64,000 nucleotides of DNA from an uncultured Ruminiclostridium sp. (GTDB taxonomy: Bacteria > Bacillota > Clostridia > DSM-8532), in the NCBI GenBank assembly GCA_964450305.1, contig CAYVFB010000008.1, forward strand, positions 3,884 through 67,883, given 5' to 3'. The notes below the pieces were generated by a model, which worked only from the letters and a program-made list of their open reading frames with translations, ran no database searches and was not told the origin of the DNA. The translations under genes and the position numbers were made by a program. Position 1 is the stretch's first letter; each line of letters opens with the position of its first letter. Below are positions 56,341-64,000 of this stretch, piece by piece.

Positions 56341-57659
56341 ATACAATGAAGGTTCCCAAGCGGGTTTCCACAGCGTTGCTGAACTCACTCAGCGCGGGGG
56401 TTACACCAAGAATTGGGCTGGAATACATGGCGGTGGGAAGAAAACGTGAAATAGAGACGCTATTGGAGGATCTGGCCAATATCCGGGAGGGCGGCTCCAT
56501 TTTCCGCATCATCGTGGGGCGATATGGCAGCGGGAAAAGCTTTCTGCTGCAGATCATCCGCAATTATGCCATGGACAGGGATTATGTCGTTATCGACGCC
56601 GACCTGTCCCCGGAAAGGAAGCTCACCGGCAACCGTGGCAGCGGCCTGGCTACCTACCGCGAGCTGCTGCAGAACATGGCCACCAGGGTCAGGCCAGACG
56701 GAGGGGCATTGAATGCAATCCTTGAGCGTTGGATCGCCGCTGTTCAAATGCAATTGATGAAGGACGAGGGTCTTTCATTGAATGATCCCCTGCTAGCCGA
56801 ACGCATGGAGCTAAGCATTATGCAAGCTATCCACCGCATGGACGATCGCGTTCACGGATATGATTTTGCCAGGGTACTCAGTGCTTTTTGGCAAGGGCAT
56901 CGCACCGGCAACGACGAAATGAAGAACGCCGCGCTGAAATGGCTCAGGGGGGAGTATCAAACCAAAACCGAAGCCAATACCGAGCTTGGCGTTCGGGTGA
57001 TCATCGACGACGATACCTGGTTTGACTATATCAAGCTGTTTTCCGATTTTGTAAAACAGTTGGGTTATGCAGGCTTGATCATGCTGCTGGATGAAGGCGT
57101 GAATCTTTACAAAATATCCAATACACAGTCCCGCAACAACAACTACGAAAAGCTGCTGAACATGTTTAATGACGCAATGCAGGGGAAGGTGCAGGGACTG
57201 GGAGTATATCTGTGCGGCACACCACAGTTCGTCGAGGATAACCGACGCGGCCTGTTCAGCTATGAGGCGCTTCGGACAAGACTGGCCGGCAGCCGATTTG
57301 CCAAAGAGCTGAAGGATATGCAAGGACCGTTAATCTATCTGGACAAACTAACCTACGAAGAGCTTTTTGTATTGCTGCATAAAATCCTTGAAATTCATAT
57401 TGTCCATTATGGCTGGGAATGCGGGGTTTCCGAGGATGACCTGCTTTTCTTCCTGCAGCAGGCTGTAGATCGCATTGGTGCCGACGAGTGGCTGACCCCC
57501 CGTGAAATCGTGCGAGATTTCATTTCTGTTCTGAACCTGGTGCGGCAAAACCCGGAGCAAACGTTTAAAAGGCTTGTCACCGGAGACCTGTTTAAAACAA
57601 CCCATCCGGCAGATGATAACGATATTGAGGAAAATGATGCGGCGGAGTTTAGCTTATGA
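56337..57659 (+). CDS. sngB: DUF2791/BrxD-like P-loop ATPase (SngB-like)
   Basis: Walker A GRYGSGKSFLLQ (aa 61-72) and Walker B-like LIMLLDE. The N-terminal pattern RIGLEYMAVGRKREIETLL is recalled from DUF2791 proteins. 4-nt overlaps at both ends. Confidence 0.7.
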   Translation: MNTMKVPKRVSTALLNSLSAGVTPRIGLEYMAVGRKREIETLLEDLANIREGGSIFRIIVGRYGSGKSFLLQIIRNYAMDRDYVVIDADLSPERKLTGNRGSGLATYRELLQNMATRVRPDGGALNAILERWIAAVQMQLMKDEGLSLNDPLLAERMELSIMQAIHRMDDRVHGYDFARVLSAFWQGHRTGNDEMKNAALKWLRGEYQTKTEANTELGVRVIIDDDTWFDYIKLFSDFVKQLGYAGLIMLLDEGVNLYKISNTQSRNNNYEKLLNMFNDAMQGKVQGLGVYLCGTPQFVEDNRRGLFSYEALRTRLAGSRFAKELKDMQGPLIYLDKLTYEELFVLLHKILEIHIVHYGWECGVSEDDLLFFLQQAVDRIGADEWLTPREIVRDFISVLNLVRQNPEQTFKRLVTGDLFKTTHPADDNDIEENDAAEFSL

Positions 57660-59926
57660 GCGATAATGTTTTTTACCGATTGGCACCCTTCATCCAGGAA
57701 TTCATTTACCGCAACAATTGGACCGAGCTTCGCGCCATTCAGGTGGAGGCCTGTCGTGTCATCTTCGAAACCGATGCCCACCTGTTGCTGTCCTCCGGTA
57801 CGGCTTCGGGGAAGACGGAAGCGGCGTTCCTTCCCGTTTTAACCCTTTTAACCGAGGACCCGCCGGCATCGGTTGGCGTTTTGTACATTGCCCCGATAAA
57901 GGCATTGATCAACGACCAGTTTTTGAGGCTGAACGACCTTTTGAAGGAAGCGGATATCCCGGTGTGGCACTGGCATGGGGATGTATCCGGTTCCCACAAG
58001 CAAAAAATGATCAAGAACCCCTCGGGGGTACTGCAAATCACGCCGGAATCTCTTGAAAGCCTGCTGATCAATAAAAACCGGGATTTGGTGAGAATCTTCG
58101 GGGATCTTCGTTTTGTTGTGATCGACGAAGTCCACGCATTCATGGGAACGGATCGCGGTATTCAGGTTTTGTGCCAGCTGGAAAGGCTGCAGCGGTATAT
58201 CCGCACCAAACCCAGACGGATTGGGTTGTCAGCAACCCTTGGGGATTATACCCTTGCTGAAAAGTGGCTGGCTTCAGGCACCGATAAAGCCGTTCATACT
58301 CCACAGGTCGGATCAGGTTCCCAGAAGGTGCGTATCGCGGTGGAGCATTTCTATGAAGAGCCTGATGACGGAAATAAAAAAAAAGCCCTTTTAGCACCGG
58401 GTAATTCTGTTGATTTGAATTTCCATAGCAATCAGTGGGAGCCTAGCCATCCGCAGCCTTTCTGGAACTACCTTTATGAAAAAACTTTAAACCGAAAATG
58501 CATTATTTTCTCAAACCTGCGGGAACACGCAGAGTCCTCAATCGCGACCTTAAGGCAAATTGCAGAGCTAAGAAGCACGCCTGATATTTATCATGTGCAC
58601 CATGGCAGTATTTCAGCATCGCTGCGCGAAACGGCAGAAACAACGATGAAAGAAATGAACGGGCCTGTGGTGATCGGTGCGACTGTGTCACTGGAGCTGG
58701 GTATCGATATCGGAAGGCTGGAGAGAATCATTCAGCTGGAGGCTCCTGCTTCGGTTTCGTCTTTCCTGCAGCGGCTTGGAAGATCAGGACGCAGGGGAAA
58801 CCCTTCTGAAATGTGGTTTTTATGCCGTGAGCAAAAGCCTTCGGGAGTGCCATTGCTGCCTTACCAGATCCCCTGGAGGCTTTTGCAGTCCGCAGCCATT
58901 ATTCAGTTGTATTTTGAAGAACGCTGGGTGGAACCGGCTGTCAGCCGGAAATATCCTCTGGGTATGCTTTATCACCAAACCATGAGCATCATTCTTTCCA
59001 CGGGAGAGGTTACCATGGCCAGCCTTGAAAAACGTATTCTTGGTATGGCCTGTTTTTCCCAGATTACCCCGCAGGATTTCCGGATGCTGATCGATCACCT
59101 GGTTAAATTGGAACATTTGCAGTTCACCGAAGAGCAGGGGCTTATCATCGGTCTGGAGGGTGAGAAGATCACATCAGGCTTCCGGTTTTTGGCCGTGTTC
59201 CCCGAGGATGACGAATACACGGTCAATTCGGAGACGGGGCAAATCGGGAAAATTGAAATCCCGCCCCCTGTGGGGGAAAGGATTACGATTGCAGGGCGGA
59301 ACTGGGAAGTGGTTGATTTTGACATGAAGCAAAAAACGGTGTTTGTGAAAAGAGTGAACGGGAAAATCAACACCTTTTGGGTGGGCGGCTCGATGCATAT
59401 TCATAATCGGGTGGTTGCAAACATTCGCAAGGTCTTGTCCGAAAACTGTGACTACCCATGGCTGAAGCCGGGGGCAGCCAGCAGGCTGGCAGAAACAAGG
59501 GCTCTTGCCAGGAAAACCGGGCTGCTTGAAAAGCAGGTATTCAGCCTGGGAGGGAATACCGTTATGCTGTTACCGTGGCTGGGCTCAGTAGATTATCATG
59601 TGCTCAGGGCGTTCATCCAGCATTTTCTGAAGGAGCGTTTTGACCTGAAAGGTCTGGGCGGACAGGCACCCTATTTTATCCTCGCAAGGCTTGGAACAGG
59701 CACCATAGAGGAATTCACAGCAGCTTTAGGCGAATTACTGAGCTCAAAGCCAGATCTGTTGACCTGTTTCAGTGAAGATGAGCTGGATGAACTCATCTAC
59801 AGTATTGAATACAAAACACCAAAGTTTAACGGATTCATTCCAAAGCCACTTCTTCACAAGGGTTATGTAACGGATTACGTGCATCTGGAAAATATCACTT
59901 TACAGTGGGGACAGGTTCCTGTGTAA
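57656..59926 (+). CDS. sngC: Lhr-like DEAD/DEAH-box helicase (SngC / BrxHI-like)
   Basis: Motif I SSGTASGKTEA, motif II VVIDEVHAF, motif VI QRLGRSGRRG. About 330-aa C-terminal extension. Confidence 0.85.
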   Translation: MSDNVFYRLAPFIQEFIYRNNWTELRAIQVEACRVIFETDAHLLLSSGTASGKTEAAFLPVLTLLTEDPPASVGVLYIAPIKALINDQFLRLNDLLKEADIPVWHWHGDVSGSHKQKMIKNPSGVLQITPESLESLLINKNRDLVRIFGDLRFVVIDEVHAFMGTDRGIQVLCQLERLQRYIRTKPRRIGLSATLGDYTLAEKWLASGTDKAVHTPQVGSGSQKVRIAVEHFYEEPDDGNKKKALLAPGNSVDLNFHSNQWEPSHPQPFWNYLYEKTLNRKCIIFSNLREHAESSIATLRQIAELRSTPDIYHVHHGSISASLRETAETTMKEMNGPVVIGATVSLELGIDIGRLERIIQLEAPASVSSFLQRLGRSGRRGNPSEMWFLCREQKPSGVPLLPYQIPWRLLQSAAIIQLYFEERWVEPAVSRKYPLGMLYHQTMSIILSTGEVTMASLEKRILGMACFSQITPQDFRMLIDHLVKLEHLQFTEEQGLIIGLEGEKITSGFRFLAVFPEDDEYTVNSETGQIGKIEIPPPVGERITIAGRNWEVVDFDMKQKTVFVKRVNGKINTFWVGGSMHIHNRVVANIRKVLSENCDYPWLKPGAASRLAETRALARKTGLLEKQVFSLGGNTVMLLPWLGSVDYHVLRAFIQHFLKERFDLKGLGGQAPYFILARLGTGTIEEFTAALGELLSSKPDLLTCFSEDELDELIYSIEYKTPKFNGFIPKPLLHKGYVTDYVHLENITLQWGQVPV

Positions 59927-60036
59927 AAAAGTCAAAATATCCAGGCCCGCCGCTGGGTTAATTATGCCAAGGTACCTGAGCCCCGCCCTCTGGTTCAATG
60001 AAGCCAAGATACCTGGGCCTCACCCTCTGGCTAATG
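59927..60036. repeat. Three degenerate 36-37-bp tandem repeats between the convergent helicase and GH1 genes
   Basis: Units are 59927-59963, 59964-60000 and 60001-60036. Core: GCCAAG(G/A)TACCTG(A/G)GCC.C.CCCTCTGG. The last unit overlaps the GH1 stop codon. Confidence 0.8.
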
Positions 60037-61320
60037 ACTCAAATATTTGTGGATCATTTCCCTGGTAACGCCTTTTTCACGGCAAACCTCCGCATAGAAG
60101 GAACCACTGCGTCGCAATGTGCGCTGCTGGGTTTCAAAGTCCACCTTGATCAGACCAAACGGGGCAGATTCTCCTTCATCCCATTCAAAGTCATCCATCA
60201 GCGTCCAATGGTAATATCTCTGCACAGGAATGCCTTCCTTACAAAGCTTGAAAACCTCATGCAGGTGATCATAAATAAATTGGCAGCGAAAGGCATCTTT
60301 TTTATCGCAGGTCCCATTTTCTGTTATCCAAATAGGAGCATTCAGCTTCTCATAATATCTTTTGCAAAGCTGTGAAAGCCCCTCAGGATAGATTTCCCAA
60401 CCCAGGTCATTTTGAGGGTTTTCCTTGAAGGTCGTGATGCGAAAACCAATGCATTGAACGGCGGAGCGAGTATAATAATTAATTCCAATAAAATCGTAGT
60501 ATTTTCCCTTTCCCAGGGGCGCACCCTTTCCAATGGGAAAGCGAAGCCTTCCATCCGACATGGACATTACCAGGGCTTCCTGCAACCAATAATCCATGAT
60601 CTTTGCGGCCAGTTTATCAAAAGGGTTCTTCGGCGAAAGGGGATCAAAAACCCGAAGAGCATGGGCTATTCCAACCTTTGTTTCACCGTTGAACAAGCTT
60701 TGCTGCCGTACGCGGTGTATGGTCTGGTAAGCCTTGATGTGGCATAGGGTCATGTTTTTAAACACCTGCATGACAAGCTTTTTATTCTTTTTCCCTGGAG
60801 GCCACTCACCAAAGAGGTATCCCAAAACCCCGTAAACGTTCGGCTCGTTGATTGTGATGTACTCGCAGACAAGATCGCCCAGGTTTTCAACAACGAAGGT
60901 GACGAATCGTTCAAAATAGTCAACTACCTTTTCGTTTTCAAATTCTCCTTCTTCAACTAGCCAAAGTGGGTGAGAAAAGTGATGCAGTGTTACGAGGGGG
61001 CGAATTCCATTGTTGATCAGCTCTTGAATGATATCACGATAGTGAAAAATCGCCTCCTGGTCAAATTCACCCTTGCGAGGTTCAATCCGGCTCCAATCCA
61101 CACTCATCCGATATACCTGGTGATTGAGTGTCTTCATCCATCGAATATCCTGGGTATACCGGTTCCAGTGGTCGTTGGCACGGATGCATGTGGAACCATC
61201 CTTGATGTGACCATCCACACACCATTTGTACCAGTTGCTTTGTGACATTCCACCCTCAATTTGTGTAGCAGCGGTTGCAGAGCCCATTAAAAAGTCGGAC
61301 GACAGTTTAAATGCTTTCAT
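60031..61320 (-). CDS. Glycoside hydrolase family 1 (beta-glucosidase / 6-phospho-beta-glucosidase-like)
   Basis: Reads FLMGSATAATQIEGG, TLHHFSHP, ITINEPNV, WITENG. RBS AAGGAGG. Confidence 0.9.
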   Translation of the reverse strand: MKAFKLSSDFLMGSATAATQIEGGMSQSNWYKWCVDGHIKDGSTCIRANDHWNRYTQDIRWMKTLNHQVYRMSVDWSRIEPRKGEFDQEAIFHYRDIIQELINNGIRPLVTLHHFSHPLWLVEEGEFENEKVVDYFERFVTFVVENLGDLVCEYITINEPNVYGVLGYLFGEWPPGKKNKKLVMQVFKNMTLCHIKAYQTIHRVRQQSLFNGETKVGIAHALRVFDPLSPKNPFDKLAAKIMDYWLQEALVMSMSDGRLRFPIGKGAPLGKGKYYDFIGINYYTRSAVQCIGFRITTFKENPQNDLGWEIYPEGLSQLCKRYYEKLNAPIWITENGTCDKKDAFRCQFIYDHLHEVFKLCKEGIPVQRYYHWTLMDDFEWDEGESAPFGLIKVDFETQQRTLRRSGSFYAEVCREKGVTREMIHKYLSH

Positions 61321-61649
61321 TGGACATCCTCCTTTTCAGAGGTTTTTCAATCGAACTGCATTCATGATTTCACTGCGCAGCAACGCGATAAGCATCGCAT
61401 TCATGCATTAAAAATTCCAATTAGGGTTCTTATTTATGAAAGCTGTGCTTTTTCGGTGGTGAATTTTTATTCATTGGAATGATTCTCTGTAGTGAAATCA
61501 TGATTAAATTGATTAAAAACCTGATTTGTATTACTCTCTACTTCATAAACTGTATCATAAGTTCATGGATATGACAAGAAAATCGGGTTATCGAGGTGGT
61601 TGAAATGATAATTGAAATCATGTAGAATATAAACAAAGGAGGGATTCTT

Positions 61650-62363
61650 ATGCAGCAGTATTCCAACGATTATTCACCTTTCAGGTCTGAGGTTGATGTC
61701 CGTCAAGGGTTGAATGCCTATATATCCAAGGTCTTTTCCTGGATGTTTGTTGGCCTCGTTATCACAACGGTTGTATCTTTGGTAGTAAGCACCTCAGTTA
61801 ACATCCTGGTATTCCTGGCAGAGAATATGTTCCTGTTATTTGGCCTGTTGATCGGAGAGATCATACTGGTGGCGGTTTTGTCCAGAAGGATCATGAAATT
61901 GTCGTTTGGCGCAGCCTTCAGTATGTTCCTTATTTATGCCGCAGTGAATGGGGTTACACTTTCTATAATCTTTGTTTCATATACCATGGAATCTATATGG
62001 AGCACATTCCTCATTACCGCGGTAACCTTTGGTATCATGGCATTATACGGCCGCTTTACAAAAACCGACCTGACCCAGTTCCGTTCGGTGCTTTTCATGG
62101 GGCTGATCGGTTTGTTGGTCTTGTCTGTAGTCAATATATTCTTAAAAAGCGGCCCTCTGGGGTGGATCATTTCCATCATTGGTCTGTTTGTTTTCCTGGG
62201 CCTGACGGCTTACGATACACAAAAGCTGATAGGCTATTACCATGCCACGGAAGGGCAGGAGGCTATCCGGAAGAACCTTGGTGTGATGGGCGCGTTGGCA
62301 TTGTATCTTGATTTTATCAACCTGTTCCTGAAGCTGTTAAGGCTTTTTGGCAGAAGAAGATAG
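61650..62363 (+). CDS. Bax inhibitor-1/YccA family membrane protein
   Basis: 237 aa with 7 TM helices. Reads LNAYISKVFSWMFVGL and YDTQKL...ALALYLDFINLFL. Confidence 0.85.
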   Translation: MQQYSNDYSPFRSEVDVRQGLNAYISKVFSWMFVGLVITTVVSLVVSTSVNILVFLAENMFLLFGLLIGEIILVAVLSRRIMKLSFGAAFSMFLIYAAVNGVTLSIIFVSYTMESIWSTFLITAVTFGIMALYGRFTKTDLTQFRSVLFMGLIGLLVLSVVNIFLKSGPLGWIISIIGLFVFLGLTAYDTQKLIGYYHATEGQEAIRKNLGVMGALALYLDFINLFLKLLRLFGRRR

Positions 62364-62410
62364 CGCGCAAACAGTCTGTTTTCAATTTGGTTTCAGTAAA
62401 AGAAGCATTA

Positions 62411-62438
62411 AACCCCGTGAAAACCGGGGTTTATTCTT
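62411..62438 (+). terminator. Terminator after the BI-1 gene
   Basis: AACCCCG-TGAAAAC-CGGGGTT followed by ATTCTTTT. Confidence 0.65.
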
Positions 62439-62537
62439 TTATTATGGATGATTTTCAGGCTTTGTCGAATTTACTCCAAGCTTTGAGCTGAAAGTGCTCC
62501 CTAAAACAAGTCCATCGAGAAAAGGGGTAATGGAGGG

Positions 62538-64000
62538 TTATTTCAGCTCAATCCCCAGTGCTTCAATCAAGTAGATGGCATTGCGCGTCTTCGACACACC
62601 CGGCCTCAGTTTATAATCAAACTTGATTTGCCCATTGTCATAATGCTCTTGAAAATGGTAGTTTGCGATTTGCCCGTTTGTTTCCTTTTCCAGAATCTCC
62701 AGCTCCAAATCATGGGTGGATACCATGCCGATGCTGTTCTTTCCGGCCAGCTTTGAGATCAAAACCTTTGCAGCGTGATGGCGATCATAGGAGTTGGTTC
62801 CCTTAAAAATTTCGTCTAAAAGGAAAAAGATGCGTCCTTTTGTTTTAACGGCCTCCACAATCATCTTTATCCTCAGCAGCTCGGCATAAAAGCTGGATAT
62901 GCTTTTCTCCAGGTTGTCGGATATCCGCATACAGGTGCATACATTCATGACCGAGCAGGAAAATGAATGCGCGCATACAGGGGCACCGGAGTAAGCCAGA
63001 ACGAGGTTTAACCCGATAGTTCTTAAAAACGTGCTTTTTCCCGACATGTTTGAACCGGTTACAAGGATTACCTTTCTGTCGTTGCCCAGCTCGAAGTCAT
63101 TTGAGATGCGTCCTTTGGTGATTAATGGATGTCCGGCCTGAACGGCTTTAACCAGCAGGGTTTCGGAATCAATAACATCGGGCACGGCCCAATCCGGATT
63201 GTCATGCATCAGGTTTGCCAGGCTGGAAAACGCTTCAAAGGCCGCGATGCCTTCAAACCACTGAAGCAGATTTTTTCCGCACTCCTGCTTCCATTTTTCC
63301 AGGGCAATTTCACATTGATAATCCCACAATGTAAGCACATCAAAAACAAAGTAGAACATATTGTTCCGATTTGAAATGTTACTGCAAATATGCGAAAGCT
63401 TATCCAACTGCTTTGACGGTGAGCTGTTATTCACATACAAGCTTTTTTTATTTTCCTGTAGCAAGCAGGAGCGGAATTCAGTTTTTTCAATTAACTTGAG
63501 CATGTTACTGTAAGGCTCAAGACGGTACTTCAATGCATAGGCGGTATTGAGCACATCTGAACGATGCTTGATTTTCCACCGCAACAGAAGAATCTGGAAG
63601 ATTATCAGCAAAACGGGAATGAGCCTGGGAATCAGCTGAAAATACCCCGGTATGATTGTAAGGGCGGTAATGACAGGAAGTAATTTCATAAAAAGTTGTA
63701 TACGCTTCTCCAACAACTTCTCATTGACGTTCTTTCCCCAATCCAGAATTTTATTCATTTCATGAGAGCTTTCCTTCAGGGTCATCCCTTCTGCCTGCAG
63801 CCTTTGGCGGAAGAAAAGCCCCTTGGCCAGTTCGTTAACTGCTTCCTGTTTTCTCTTGATCTCATCTGTGCTTTCTGGATGAGAGCACAACAAGTCCTTC
63901 AGTTTTTTTCTTCCCAGGGGGGTTTGGCAGGAATTCACCAGTTGAAAAACAGAACCCTGACCCAGTATATCCAAATCCTCGGCATAAAAGTGATCAATTT
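62538..64000 (-). CDS. MutS-related protein (domain V ATPase, no Smr) with internal TM helices; 5' end lies beyond the window
   Basis: Walker A VTGSNMSGKSTFLRTIG, then LLDEIFKGTN and STHDLEL. Two hydrophobic helices (LLPVITALTIIPGYFQLI, LIPVLLIIFQILLL). The frame stays open to the window edge. Confidence 0.8.
   Translation of the reverse strand, partial: IDHFYAEDLDILGQGSVFQLVNSCQTPLGRKKLKDLLCSHPESTDEIKRKQEAVNELAKGLFFRQRLQAEGMTLKESSHEMNKILDWGKNVNEKLLEKRIQLFMKLLPVITALTIIPGYFQLIPRLIPVLLIIFQILLLRWKIKHRSDVLNTAYALKYRLEPYSNMLKLIEKTEFRSCLLQENKKSLYVNNSSPSKQLDKLSHICSNISNRNNMFYFVFDVLTLWDYQCEIALEKWKQECGKNLLQWFEGIAAFEAFSSLANLMHDNPDWAVPDVIDSETLLVKAVQAGHPLITKGRISNDFELGNDRKVILVTGSNMSGKSTFLRTIGLNLVLAYSGAPVCAHSFSCSVMNVCTCMRISDNLEKSISSFYAELLRIKMIVEAVKTKGRIFFLLDEIFKGTNSYDRHHAAKVLISKLAGKNSIGMVSTHDLELEILEKETNGQIANYHFQEHYDNGQIKFDYKLRPGVSKTRNAIYLIEALGIELK

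Overview
The window looks like a chromosomal segment of a spore-forming Clostridia-class Firmicute. The clues are ylbJ, an Asp23-family gene, a type-A RNase P RNA, fchA-folD and iorAB-paaK. I support about 48 protein-coding genes, 2 tRNAs (Asn-GTT and a CAT-anticodon tRNA) and rnpB.

Bases 1-37,900 are mostly housekeeping:
- mutS2, trmK, a Nif3-family gene, ybaK, murG, comEA and thrS
- a CUT2 sugar ABC importer next to a binding-protein / LytS-type kinase / AraC-type regulator sugar sensor

Bases 38,000-61,300 look accessory:
- two tandem orphan solute-binding lipoproteins
- a HlyD / double-FtsX / two-ATPase (MacB-type) exporter, whose second ATPase ends in an AbrB/SpoVT-like tail
- a BlaI/BlaR1-type pair with a non-PBP sensor domain
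- a three-gene operon with overlapping start and stop codons: a TerB-N/TerB-C protein, a DUF2791 (BrxD-like) P-loop ATPase and an Lhr-like DEAD-box helicase

The three-gene operon is the most notable system. Its architecture matches the Shango (SngABC) anti-phage module. Three things set it apart: a GAAC-N4-GTTC (LexA/Cheo-like) box inside its predicted promoter, a divergent N-terminally truncated paralogue of its helicase next door, and a 21-bp x6 in-frame repeat inside the TerB gene.

Other unexplained structure:
- a perfect 66-bp palindrome between divergent genes
- three separate intergenic tandem-repeat arrays (40-bp, about 54-bp and about 36-bp periods)
- a dispersed GTCATCCTGA...AAGGATCT element
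- a polyglutamine J-domain protein

I found no integrase, transposase, CRISPR array or prophage genes. All family assignments come from reading motifs by eye; no searches were run.
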